From: an uncultured Chloroflexia bacterium
Lineage (GTDB): Bacteria; Chloroflexota; Limnocylindria; Limnocylindrales; CSP1-4
DNA: 64,000 nt
Direction of reading: 5' to 3'
Assembly: GCA_963712745.1 (NCBI GenBank)
Contig: CAVQJC010000007.1
Span: forward strand, 13,110 to 77,109
Positions 20,492 to 32,464 of the stretch are shown piece after piece; positions within the stretch are counted from its first letter, which is position 1, and each line of letters starts with the position of its first letter. The notes beneath the pieces are model-generated. The model was not told the origin of the DNA. It worked only from the letters and a program-made list of their open reading frames with translations, and searched no databases. A program made the translations under genes and the position numbers.

Positions 20492-20840
20492 CCCGCTCCT
20501 GCGACCCCCGGCCGGCACCTACCGGCTCTTCGTCGAGGCCAGATACGGATGGCCCGACCGTGGCGATGGCTCGACGCTCGCCGCGGAGGCGACGGTCGAG
20601 GTCGTGGAGACGTCCGATGCGCGGGCTGCCAGCGCCCCGCCCGTCACGCCGGACGACCCCGTCTCGACGACGTCACCGCAGCCGTAGGGCAGCCCGATCG
20701 CGAAAGTGCCCTGATCTTTCCGCTATCACACGGCCGGCTCGGCCTCCGCTCACCACCCGCTGTGGACTGCTGAGACTATGGGACCAGCGATGTCAGCAAG
20801 GGCATCGTTCACTGAAGGCGCTTCGCCCGTACCCCTCGGC

Positions 20841-20885
20841 CTCGTCGACGCCTCGCTCGTCGACGCCTCGCTCGTTGACGCCTGC
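20841..20885. repeat. 15 bp tandem repeat x3
   Basis: CTCGTCGACGCCTCG CTCGTCGACGCCTCG CTCGTTGACGCCTGC. Confidence 0.85.
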
Positions 20886-20904
20886 GGCGCGCACGTCTAG
20901 ACTT

Positions 20905-20929
20905 AATCCTGACGAAATCAGTCAGGATT
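20905..20929. promoter_or_regulatory. Palindromic Rrf2/IscR-type operator
   Basis: AATCCTGAC-GAAATCA-GTCAGGATT, AT-rich, directly upstream of the Rrf2 gene; resembles the IscR type 1 GAC-N7-GTC box. Confidence 0.8.
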
Positions 20930-20993
20930 GCCGGTGCCGCATGCCTTCGCGGCGACCCCAGTCGGCCCGGCGACCAGGAGACCAGCCAGCATC

Positions 20994-21523
20994 GTGCCTA
21001 CGACCGTCCCGAGTTCGGGAGCCCTTCACTTCTCCACCCGCGGAGAGTACGGCGTGCGCCTCATGGTCGAGCTGGCATACCACTACGGCAGTGGTCCCGT
21101 GAGCCTGTCCGAGATGGCCGATCACGAATCGCTGCCGCGGCCCTACCTGGAACAGTTGGTAGTGAACCTGCGCGAGGCAGGCCTGGTGATCAGCACCCGC
21201 GGAGCCCGGGGCGGCTACGAGCTGTCTCGTGCGCCTGCCCAGATCCACATGAGCGAGGTCATCACGGCCTTGGAGGGGCCCATCGCTCCGATGATGTGCG
21301 CAGTCGATGACCCCGGTCACGCGGAGACCTGCCAGCGTCTGGATTTCTGCAACGTCGAACGCCTGTGGTTGCGCGTCCGCGACGCCATCGTGGCGGCGCT
21401 CGACTCCATGACCCTCGAGGAACTCGCCGAGCCCCGGCCCGGCCATCCCGCCCATCCACGTCAGGCCCTCGTGGCCGTCCAGCCGCTTAACGAGCGATCT
21501 ACCAAGGAGCCCGTCGCCCAGCC

Positions 21524-21527
<4 letters not shown>
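20994..21527 (+). CDS. Rrf2 family regulator (IscR-like, three Cys)
   Basis: FSTRGEYG, YLEQL, STRGARGGYEL, C-x10-C-x5-C; start uncertain. Confidence 0.9.
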
Positions 21528-22441
<914 letters not shown>

Positions 22442-22508
22442 CGCGACCATTCGATACCGGCCCGCGGAGCCATCCCGCCCCGCCTGACCGAAGTCGGAGA
22501 CGCGACCG

Positions 22509-23798
<1,290 letters not shown>

Positions 23799-23835
23799 GT
23801 AAGCCCCCACCGCATCGAGTACCCTGCACAAGCCC

Positions 23836-24240
<405 letters not shown>

Positions 24241-24246
<6 letters not shown>

Positions 24247-24284
24247 CCCCCGTGCTCCTCGGCATGATGGCCAGGGGGTCATGC
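24241..24284 (+). other. Stem-loop between sufU and moeZ
   Basis: 11 bp perfect stem GCATGACCCCC...GGGGGTCATGC. Confidence 0.5.
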
Positions 24285-24381
24285 GCGTGTCGTCGGCCGG
24301 CCAGCGAGGCCGGCGCCTGACGACCATCCATCTCCTCCTCATCGACAGCCCGAGTCGATCCAGCACGGAGCAACACCCCCG

Positions 24382-25566
24382 ATGACCAAGTCATACCGAG
24401 ACCTCCTCGCCGAGGCGCGAGCGCAGGTTCCCGAGGTGACCGCGGCGCAGGCCGAGCTCGCGGCCGAGCGTGGCGCCATCCTCCTCGACTGCCGCGAGGA
24501 CAGCGAGTGGGAGCAGGGCCACGCGGCCGGCGCCAGGCACCTCTCCAAGTCCTACATCGAGCAGGACATCGAGGCGCTCGCGCCGGACCGCACCACTTCC
24601 ATCGTGGTCTACTGCGCGGGCGGCATCCGCTCGCTGTTCGCGGCCCAGACACTCAAGACCATGGGCTATGCCGAGGTCAGCTCGATGAGTGGCGGCTTCC
24701 AGGCCTGGAAGTCCGAAGGGCGTGCCTGGGAGCAGCCGACCGTGCTCACGCCTGCGCAGAAGTCTCGCTACTCGCGCCACCTGCTGATCCCCGAGGTGGG
24801 CGCCGAGGGCCAGACCAGGCTGCTCGACTCCAAGGTGCTCTTCATCGGTGCCGGCGGCCTGGGCAGCCCGGCCATGCTCTACATGGCGGCTGCCGGCGTG
24901 GGCACAATCGGCATCGTCGACTTCGACGTCGTCGACGCCTCCAACCTGCAGCGCCAGATCATCCACCGCACCGATCGTGTAGGCATGCGCAAGGTGGAGT
25001 CGGCGGAGATGACCATCACCGACCTCAATCCCGACGTGAAGGTGGTGGCCCACGAGGTCATGCTGGGGCCCGACAACGTCGAGGAGCTCATCGCCGGTTA
25101 CGACCTCATCTTCGACGGCACGGACACGTTCGAGACGCGCTACGTGCTCAACGACGCGGCGGTCGAGGCCGGCATCCCGGTGGTGCATGCCTCGGTCTTC
25201 CGTTTCGAGGGCCAGCTCACGGTGTTCAAGCCCTATGAGGGCCCCTGCTACCGCTGCCTCTATCCCACGCCCCCGCCGCCCGAGCTGGCACCCGGCTGCT
25301 CGGTGGCCGGAGTGCTGGGTGTCGTGCCCGGCGTGATGGGCTTGCTCCAGGCCACCGAGGGCCTCAAGGTCCTGCTCGACATCGGCGACTCGCTGGCGGG
25401 CCGTCTGCTCATCTACGACGCGCTCGACGGGGCCTTCAGCGAGCTCCAGCTCCAGCGCGACCCGAAGTGCCCGGCCTGCGGCGACGGCGAGCTCACCGAG
25501 CCGGCTGGCGACGGCGTCTTCGCTCTGCCCACCACACCAGCTGCCACGACGGGGGTGAACGCATGA
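24382..25566 (+). CDS. moeB: Rhodanese-ThiF/MoeB adenylyltransferase (MoeZ-like)
   Basis: N-terminal rhodanese YCAGGIRS; RYSRHLL, GAGGLG, SNLQRQ, CYRC, CPAC. Confidence 0.92.
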   Translation: MTKSYRDLLAEARAQVPEVTAAQAELAAERGAILLDCREDSEWEQGHAAGARHLSKSYIEQDIEALAPDRTTSIVVYCAGGIRSLFAAQTLKTMGYAEVSSMSGGFQAWKSEGRAWEQPTVLTPAQKSRYSRHLLIPEVGAEGQTRLLDSKVLFIGAGGLGSPAMLYMAAAGVGTIGIVDFDVVDASNLQRQIIHRTDRVGMRKVESAEMTITDLNPDVKVVAHEVMLGPDNVEELIAGYDLIFDGTDTFETRYVLNDAAVEAGIPVVHASVFRFEGQLTVFKPYEGPCYRCLYPTPPPPELAPGCSVAGVLGVVPGVMGLLQATEGLKVLLDIGDSLAGRLLIYDALDGAFSELQLQRDPKCPACGDGELTEPAGDGVFALPTTPAATTGVNA

Positions 25567-25838
25567 CTGCGGTCCGGATCCCGCCGGTGCTGCGCGCGCA
25601 GGCCGGCAACCAGAAGAAGGTCGAGGTCACCGGCTCCACGGTCGGCGACGCCCTCGCCTCGCTGCTCGAGCAGTTCCCCGGCCTGCGAGCGCAGATCTTC
25701 ACCGAGGACGGTTCGCTCAATCGCTTCGTCAACGTCTATGTCAACGGCCGCGACGTGCGCTACGAGCAGGAGCTGGCCACCCCGGTAGGGGAGAGCGACG
25801 AGGTCATCCTGCTGCCGGCCATGGCCGGGGGTCGCTAG
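25563..25838 (+). CDS. cysO: Ubiquitin-like sulfur carrier (CysO/MoaD)
   Basis: VRIPPVLR...FVNVYVNGRDVR...LPAMAGGR; directly upstream of cysM. Confidence 0.85.
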   Translation: MTAVRIPPVLRAQAGNQKKVEVTGSTVGDALASLLEQFPGLRAQIFTEDGSLNRFVNVYVNGRDVRYEQELATPVGESDEVILLPAMAGGR

Positions 25839-25847
25839 CGAGGGCAG

Positions 25848-26870
25848 TTGGTCGTGACCACGACCGAACGACAGTCCGGTACCGAGATCGACGCCCTGCG
25901 CCCGCATGCCCACGGCGGGAATGCCCGCCACGGAGGGCGCTTCCCCAGCATCGTCGACGCCATCGGCTTCACGCCGCTGGTCGAGGTGGCCCTGATCTGT
26001 CCCAATCCCAACGTGAGGCTGTACGTCAAGCTCGAGTTCATGAACCCCACCGGGTCGGTCAAGGACCGCGTGGCCAAGTACCTGATGGAGGATCTCGAGG
26101 CCTCCGGCCGGCTGTCGCCGGACTCGATCATCATCGAGCCGACCAGCGGCAACACCGGCATCGGCCTGGCCATGATCGCGCGCCGCAAGGGCTATCGCGT
26201 GGCCGTGGTGGTGCCCGACAACGTGACCATGGAACGGCGCCAGCTACTGGCGCTGTTCGGGGCCGAGGTCATCGACTCGCCGGGCCACCTCGGATCGAAC
26301 GGTGCGGTGGCGCTGGCCAAGCACCTGGTGCAGAAGGATCCCCGCTTCGTGATGCCCTACCAGTACGGCAACCCGGCCAATCCTCGCGCCCACGAGGAGA
26401 CGACCGCCGAGGAGATCATCGCCGACTGTCCCGAGGTCGACGCCTTCGTGGCCGGCCTGGGCACGGGCGGCACGCTCATGGGCGTGGGCCGGCGACTGCG
26501 CCGTCACAACCCCGACGTGCGCGTGTACGCGGCCGAGCCGCTGCCTGGTGAGAGGGTGCAGGGACTGCGCTCGCTCGACGAAGGCTTCATCCCCGAGATC
26601 TTCGACCCCACCGGCATCGACGGCAAGTTCCTCGTCTCCAACACCGAGGCCATCGAGGCGGTACGCGAGCTGACCGAGAAGGAGGGTATCTTCGCCGGCG
26701 TCTCCTGTGGTGCGGTCATGGTGGCGGCCAAGCAGCTGGCCCGCGAGATGGAGCGCGGCACCATCGTGGCGTTGCTCGCCGACGGCGGCTGGAAGTACCT
26801 CTCCGAAGACATCTGGACCCGCGACCTCGAGGCCGACGAGGACGAGATCGACAGTCTCAACCTATGGTGA
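25848..26870 (+). CDS. cysM: PLP-dependent cysteine synthase, CysM type
   Basis: NPTGSVKDR, EPTSGNTG, GLGTGGT, ADGGWKYLS. Confidence 0.88.
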   Translation: MVVTTTERQSGTEIDALRPHAHGGNARHGGRFPSIVDAIGFTPLVEVALICPNPNVRLYVKLEFMNPTGSVKDRVAKYLMEDLEASGRLSPDSIIIEPTSGNTGIGLAMIARRKGYRVAVVVPDNVTMERRQLLALFGAEVIDSPGHLGSNGAVALAKHLVQKDPRFVMPYQYGNPANPRAHEETTAEEIIADCPEVDAFVAGLGTGGTLMGVGRRLRRHNPDVRVYAAEPLPGERVQGLRSLDEGFIPEIFDPTGIDGKFLVSNTEAIEAVRELTEKEGIFAGVSCGAVMVAAKQLAREMERGTIVALLADGGWKYLSEDIWTRDLEADEDEIDSLNLW

Positions 26871-27472
26871 GCGACGAGCGCGGGCCCAGCCGCGCCCCCG
26901 AGGTCCCGTCGTCGGCCGATGAGCCTGCGTCCGCGGGCGAGAGGGGAGTGGTGCCCGAGGTCGACGCCTGGCAGCGTGCCGCCGACAGCGGCGCGGCTGC
27001 CCACCAGCGTGCCGTCGGCGTCGGTGCCGGCCGCGGCGCCGGGCCACCGTGGGTGCCTGCGTCTGCGCGCATCCCCGCGCCCATCCGGGAGGAGGTCGTC
27101 GACTGGCTCCGCGCGGCCCTGCCCAACGAGGGCTGCGGCGTGCTCGTGGCAGAGCGCGTGGCCGAGGATGGCGGTGTGCCCTCGCGTTTCGTAGGCATGC
27201 GCAACGTCGCCGAGTCGCCCTTCCGCTACCTGATGGATCCCATCGAACAGCTGGAGATGCTCGAGGAGATCGACGAACGGGATGAGGTGGTCTGGGCCAT
27301 CGTCCACTCCCACGTGGCTTCGCCGCCCTATCCCTCACCGACCGACATCGGCCTGGCCGCCTTTCCTGAGGCCATCTACCTGCTCGCCTCGTTCGCGGGC
27401 GAAGCGCCGGAGATCCGCGCCTGGACCATCGTCGACGGGGCCGTCAACGAGGTCGTGCTCGAGCGCACCTGA
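26864..27472 (+). CDS. mec: JAMM/M67 metallopeptidase (Mec-like)
   Basis: PNEGCG...HSH-x7-S-x2-D JAMM motif. Confidence 0.85.
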   Translation: MVSDERGPSRAPEVPSSADEPASAGERGVVPEVDAWQRAADSGAAAHQRAVGVGAGRGAGPPWVPASARIPAPIREEVVDWLRAALPNEGCGVLVAERVAEDGGVPSRFVGMRNVAESPFRYLMDPIEQLEMLEEIDERDEVVWAIVHSHVASPPYPSPTDIGLAAFPEAIYLLASFAGEAPEIRAWTIVDGAVNEVVLERT

Positions 27473-27561
27473 GTCCTCGGCCGAGGGAGCTTGGGGCATC
27501 GCCCGGCTGCGCGATGATCGGGGGCAGTACACTCGCCTCCAATCGCAGCGGAGAACATCTC

Positions 27562-28050
27562 ATGAGCCAACTCCTGGTCATCACCTTCGAGAAGCGCGAG
27601 ACCGCCGGCCAGGCCGCCGAGCGGCTCAAGGGCCTGCAGGGGGCCCACGGCGTCGACATCAACGACATGGCCGTGGTGGAGAAGGATGAGGACGGCAAGG
27701 TCCAAGTCCACCACGGCGTCGATACGACCACGGCCGGCGGAGCCATCGTGGGTGGTGCGCTCGGTCTTCTGCTGGGCATCGTCTTCTTCCCCGTGGCGGG
27801 TCTTGCCATCGGCGCTCTCGCCGGTGGGTTCATCGGCCGCTCCCTGCACCAGAACGTGGACAAGGGCCTCGTCCAAGACGTGACCAACGACCTGAGCGAG
27901 AACACCTCGGCCCTCTTCGTGATCGGCAGCTCCGCCTCACCGTCGGCCGTCATCGGCGCCCTTGAGCCGTACAAGGGCAAGGTCTACCAGACCACCCTCG
28001 ATGCGGAGACCGAGGCACAGATCCAGGCCGCTCTCGACAAGGAAGGCTAG
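27562..28050 (+). CDS. DUF1269 family protein
   Basis: DMAVVEKDEDGKV, glycine-zipper segment, TSALFV, GKVYQTTL. Confidence 0.85.
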   Translation: MSQLLVITFEKRETAGQAAERLKGLQGAHGVDINDMAVVEKDEDGKVQVHHGVDTTTAGGAIVGGALGLLLGIVFFPVAGLAIGALAGGFIGRSLHQNVDKGLVQDVTNDLSENTSALFVIGSSASPSAVIGALEPYKGKVYQTTLDAETEAQIQAALDKEG

Positions 28051-28108
28051 GCCTAGGCCAGGCGCGTGGCGCGGGTGGTCGGAGGGGCGACGGCCTGACC
28101 CTGCTCGG

Positions 28109-30508
28109 TTACGCCGGGCGGAGCGTGATGAGTTGGACCGGCCCGCGTTCGCTGTTGCGGCCGTTGAGGGCCAGGAAGTCCGTGCGCCCGTCGGCGTCGT
28201 AGTCGAGGGCGATGACCTCGTCCTCGCTGCCGCCCTTCACCTCCGGCACTTCCACTGACCCGAACGAGCGTCCGTCGCCGTCATTGAGCAGGATCCGGTC
28301 GCGCGCGCCGTCCTTTGACTTGCCCTGCAGGACGTAGACATCCGCATCGCCGTCGCCATCCGCGTCGCCGGTGGCCAGCGCTCGACCCTCGGTCACGCTT
28401 CGCTCGAAGACGCGCTTGAAGCGCCCGTCGCGTGACAGCGAGACCACGAGCCGCTCCTCCGACAGCTGGATGAGGTCGGGCCGGCCGTCGCCGTCGAGAT
28501 CGGTCAGCGCAGCGTCTCGCTCGCCGATGGTCTCGATGCCGGTCGCGTCGGTGACATCGGTGAAGGCCACTCCCTCCTCGTTGCGGTAGAGCCGCAGACC
28601 CGACTTGGGCGAGGTTGCGCGCAGGTCCCAGTAGACCAGCAGGATGTCCTCGCGTCCGTCTCCGTCGTAGTCGGTGATGCCGAGCGACTCGGTCGCGAGG
28701 CCGGTGTCGATGCCGGGGACCGCGGCCGCCTCGAAGGCGGCGGGGCCGGTGCGCAGGTAGGCCTGGTTCAGCGATGGCCGTCCGTCCATGCGCTTGGTCT
28801 CCTGGCCCAGGAAGAGGTCCTCGTCACCGTCCTCGTCGATATCGAGGAAGCGTGCCTCCCGTCCACGACCGAGCGGCTCCGTAGCGCCGCCGGCGAGCGG
28901 ATGGAGGCTCGCTTCCGGCCCGCCCGGGTCCAGCCACAGCTGGTTGGCCTTGGTGCCGGTCCCGCGTGAGGCCCCGAACGAGCAGTAGAGGTCCGCCAGC
29001 CCGCTGCCGTCGACGTCCGCAGCCGCGCAGCCGTGACGGTCACCGCCTCCGAACTTGCGCTCGGTGTCGACGAATGTCCCGCCCTGGTTGAGGAAGAGCC
29101 GGGCCCGCGCGCCGTGGCGGCCGAGGAAGATGTCATCGAGACCGTCGCCGTCGAAGTCGGCCGCGACCGAACCCCAGCTCTGGCTGGCCGTGGGCAAGCC
29201 TGCCTTCGCGGCCACGTCCACGGCCCGGAGCTCACCCTTGATGGGGCCGGCCGGGGAAGGGCTCCTGGCGCCTGCGGCGGCGGCCGGGGTCGTGGTTGTG
29301 GAAGCGGCGTCGGCAGCCGGCTCGACCGGTTCGACCGGCTCGAGGGAGCCATCCGGCGCGCCACAGACCCGTCCGACCAGCCCTTGGTCCATGCGCCCCA
29401 CGCTCCAGCCGTTCCTGCCTGGGTCGCCGTCGAGATCGGTGATGGTGCCCATGCCCCAGCTGCGCCGGCCCCGCGAGATGGTCCAGCCCGAACCGTCGTC
29501 ACGGGCGGCGAAAGCGCTGTAGCGACGCCTCTCGGGATCCCAGCTGCTACCGCCCACGCTGAGCACGCCGTCCTCGGCAGAGACGCTGCTGAGCAGCGTC
29601 GGGCCCGCTCCCGGCTCGGGGCCCGGGAACTCAGTCCAGGTTGAGCCATCCCAGTGGAGGAGGAGCGGCTCGATGGTCGGTCCCGCGAGGCGATGCCCCA
29701 CGGCCCAGCCGTCGTTCACCGCGGGAACGTCGATGTCGGCCAGCGCAGCCCCGGCCAGCCCCGCGACCTCGTGGCGCACCCACCGGCCATCCTCGAGGTG
29801 GACCAGGTACGGGTGCATGCGGGGATCGTCGAGCGCGGTGCCCGCGGCCCACACGCCAGCGTCGGCAGCGGCCGAGATGGCCGCCAGTGTGGCGCGTTCG
29901 CCCGCCTCGATCGGCGGCCTGGAGCGCTCCCACTCGCCGCCGCTGCGCTCAAGGATCCAGGGCTGTTGTTGGCCGGGTGGGCCCTGGATGAAGCCGACCG
30001 CCCACACGCCTGCCTCCGGGTCGGCGGCCACGTCGGTCAGCGTGGCGCTGTCGCCTCCCGGCCGCATGGTGTTCGTCAGCTTCCAGCCCTTGTCGTCACG
30101 CACGGCGGTGATGGCAGCGACATAGTCGGTCTCGCGCGCGAAGCCGACCGCCCACACCCTGTCGCCGGGGCCGGCGCTGGCGATGCCCATGAAGCCGGAG
30201 TCGCGGGTGTCGGGTTGGGGTGGCAACTCCAGCGTCCACTCGCCGTCGCTACCGTGGAGTGCCACGGCCTGCCGGCGACCGCCGCCCAGCATCGAGCCGC
30301 CGCCGACCCAGACTTCCTGGGGCGAGAGCACGGCCACGGTCTCAGGAGCGATGTCCTCGCGCCACTCGAGATCGGACCAGCCGGCCTCGCAGGTCGGTGC
30401 CTCCACATCCTGAGCCAGTCCGGCTGCCGGGAGCGCGGTGAGCGCCACCGCCAGGGCCAGCGTCGGCGCCAGCGGGCGGAACGGGCGATGCGAGGAAGTC
30501 GGTCTCAC
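28109..30508 (-). CDS. Secreted beta-propeller + FG-GAP/VCBS repeat protein
   Basis: Signal peptide; N-terminal WAVG repeats; many D-x-D-G-D-G-x-x-D motifs. Confidence 0.85.
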   Translation of the reverse strand: MRPTSSHRPFRPLAPTLALAVALTALPAAGLAQDVEAPTCEAGWSDLEWREDIAPETVAVLSPQEVWVGGGSMLGGGRRQAVALHGSDGEWTLELPPQPDTRDSGFMGIASAGPGDRVWAVGFARETDYVAAITAVRDDKGWKLTNTMRPGGDSATLTDVAADPEAGVWAVGFIQGPPGQQQPWILERSGGEWERSRPPIEAGERATLAAISAAADAGVWAAGTALDDPRMHPYLVHLEDGRWVRHEVAGLAGAALADIDVPAVNDGWAVGHRLAGPTIEPLLLHWDGSTWTEFPGPEPGAGPTLLSSVSAEDGVLSVGGSSWDPERRRYSAFAARDDGSGWTISRGRRSWGMGTITDLDGDPGRNGWSVGRMDQGLVGRVCGAPDGSLEPVEPVEPAADAASTTTTPAAAAGARSPSPAGPIKGELRAVDVAAKAGLPTASQSWGSVAADFDGDGLDDIFLGRHGARARLFLNQGGTFVDTERKFGGGDRHGCAAADVDGSGLADLYCSFGASRGTGTKANQLWLDPGGPEASLHPLAGGATEPLGRGREARFLDIDEDGDEDLFLGQETKRMDGRPSLNQAYLRTGPAAFEAAAVPGIDTGLATESLGITDYDGDGREDILLVYWDLRATSPKSGLRLYRNEEGVAFTDVTDATGIETIGERDAALTDLDGDGRPDLIQLSEERLVVSLSRDGRFKRVFERSVTEGRALATGDADGDGDADVYVLQGKSKDGARDRILLNDGDGRSFGSVEVPEVKGGSEDEVIALDYDADGRTDFLALNGRNSERGPVQLITLRPA

Positions 30509-30546
30509 GATCCGCAGTGTGGCACGGACGGCAGAACGACCTCCGA

Positions 30547-31005
30547 CTAGCGCGCGTGTGCCTCGAGCGGGGCCAGCACGACGTCCCAGCCGGGATCGTA
30601 GCCGGCGCGCAACTCTGCACCCTGCTCGGTGCCGAACTCTTCCCAGTCGCGATGCTCGAGGATCAGGCGCGACCCGCTACCGTCGGCCTCGATGCGGGTG
30701 TCGATGGTGGAGGCGGCCACGGGTTCGGGCGTGGGGTGCCAGGAGAGCACCACGCGATGCGGCGGGTCCCAGGTCAGCACGTCGGCCCAGTCGTATTCGG
30801 AACCGTCGGCCGCGATCTCGACGACGCGCCCCCCGACATGCCCTTCGAAGCGTATGCCGACCGCGTCCGCGCCTGCCACGGAATGCGACTCGAGCGGCCA
30901 CCACGTGGCCATCCCGTGGGTGAACAGCTCGAAGGCCTCGTCGGGTGACAACGGCAGCCAGCGTTCCTTGCGCACCGGTTCGATGGGGGTGTCGCTACGT
31001 CGCAT
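30547..31005 (-). CDS. SRPBCC/AHSA1 domain protein
   Basis: AFELFT..MATWWP, WDPPHRVVLSW, LEHRDWE, GWDVVL. Confidence 0.85.
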   Translation of the reverse strand: MRRSDTPIEPVRKERWLPLSPDEAFELFTHGMATWWPLESHSVAGADAVGIRFEGHVGGRVVEIAADGSEYDWADVLTWDPPHRVVLSWHPTPEPVAASTIDTRIEADGSGSRLILEHRDWEEFGTEQGAELRAGYDPGWDVVLAPLEAHAR

Positions 31006-31038
31006 GGCACTCCTCCGCGGGTCGACAGGCGCCCGAGT

Positions 31039-31485
31039 CTACTCCTCGCCGATGTCCTCGTTCCAGATCTCGGGATAGCGCTCGATGAACTCGGTCATGA
31101 GCGCCTTGCACTCGGGCGAATCGAGGTTGATGACCTCAACGCCGCGGGAGCGCAGGTAGTCCTCGCCGCCTATGAACGTCTCGTTCTCGCCGATGACCAC
31201 GCGCGGGATGCCGTAGAGCAGGATGGCGCCGGTGCACATGTCGCAGGGGGAGAGCGTGGTGTACATCGTGGCCCGCCTGTAGACCGAGGCGTGCAACCGG
31301 CCGATGTTCTCGAGGCAATCGGTCTCGCCGTGACGGATGACCGAGCCCCCCTGGACGCGGCGGTTGTGGCCGGAGCCCAGGACCTTGCCGTCGGCCACGA
31401 GCGCGGCGCCCACCGGCACGCCGCCTTCGGCGAGGCCGCGGGCGCCCTCGTCGATGGCGATCTTCATGAATGCCTGGTCGTCCAT
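31039..31485 (-). CDS. Cytosine/nucleoside deaminase (yeast Fcy1-like)
   Basis: HGE...SPCDMC zinc motif; WNEDIGE C-terminus. Confidence 0.9.
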   Translation of the reverse strand: MDDQAFMKIAIDEGARGLAEGGVPVGAALVADGKVLGSGHNRRVQGGSVIRHGETDCLENIGRLHASVYRRATMYTTLSPCDMCTGAILLYGIPRVVIGENETFIGGEDYLRSRGVEVINLDSPECKALMTEFIERYPEIWNEDIGEE

Positions 31486-31513
31486 GCTTCCTCCTCTGGT
31501 CTGGTCGTGCGGT

Positions 31514-32464
31514 TCAGGAACGTCGGTATGGCTTGAGGTAGGCGCCCGGGTAGGGCACGTTGCGGCCGGACAGCGCCAGCGCCAGGATGACGATGACATA
31601 GGGCAGCGCCAGCATGACCTCGTTGGGGATGTCCTCGAAGCCCGGCGTGATGCGCAGGCGCAGGCCCAGCGAGTAGACGGCCGCGAAGATGAGCGCGCCG
31701 AGCACACCGCGGAAGATGCGCCAGCGACCGAAGATGACGAGGGCGATGACCACCCAGCCGCGGCCGGCGATGATGTCGAGCGTGAACGTGCCCAGCATGG
31801 CCAGCGTGATGAAGGCACCGCCGATGGCCATGAAGGCGCCACCGATCATGAGCGCCACGTAGCGCACGCGGAAGACGTTGATGCCGGCCACGTCGGCCGC
31901 CTCCGGGTTCTCGCCGACGGCCCGGATCGAGAGGCCCAGGGGCGTCTTCATCAGCACCCACCAGGCGATGGGCACGACGAGGAAGAAGGCTACGTAGGTC
32001 AGCCCGTACTGGTTCGCGACCTTGCCCAGCTCGCCCAGGCCGGCGAAGGGGTCGAGCAGCGGCATCGGTTCGATGCGGTCGAGGGTGTCGCCGGTGAAGA
32101 TGAGCCGGTTGGCGAACTCGCTGACGCCGATGAGCACGATGGTCAGGCCCAGGCCGCTGACATGCTGGTTGGCACCGAGCGTGACCGTGAGCAGGGCCAT
32201 GAGTCCGCCCGCGATGAGGCCGACGACGATGGCGCCCAGGACGCCGATCCAGGGCGCCGCCATGCCGGCACCTGCGTCGGCCGCGTAGAAGGCGGTGGCG
32301 AAGCCGAAGAAGGCGCCCGCGTACATCGTGCCTTCGATGCCAAGGTTGAGGACGCCGGCGCGCTCGGAGTAGGTCTCGCCGACCGTGCCATAGACGAGTG
32401 GCGTGGCGTTGCGGAAGGTGCCACGTATGATGTCGGCCCAGAAGATGGGATCGAAGAAGATCAT
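31514..32464 (-). CDS. Nucleoside ABC transporter permease
   Basis: SERAGVLNLGIEG, AVGENPEAADVAGINV. Confidence 0.9.
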   Translation of the reverse strand: MIFFDPIFWADIIRGTFRNATPLVYGTVGETYSERAGVLNLGIEGTMYAGAFFGFATAFYAADAGAGMAAPWIGVLGAIVVGLIAGGLMALLTVTLGANQHVSGLGLTIVLIGVSEFANRLIFTGDTLDRIEPMPLLDPFAGLGELGKVANQYGLTYVAFFLVVPIAWWVLMKTPLGLSIRAVGENPEAADVAGINVFRVRYVALMIGGAFMAIGGAFITLAMLGTFTLDIIAGRGWVVIALVIFGRWRIFRGVLGALIFAAVYSLGLRLRITPGFEDIPNEVMLALPYVIVILALALSGRNVPYPGAYLKPYRRS

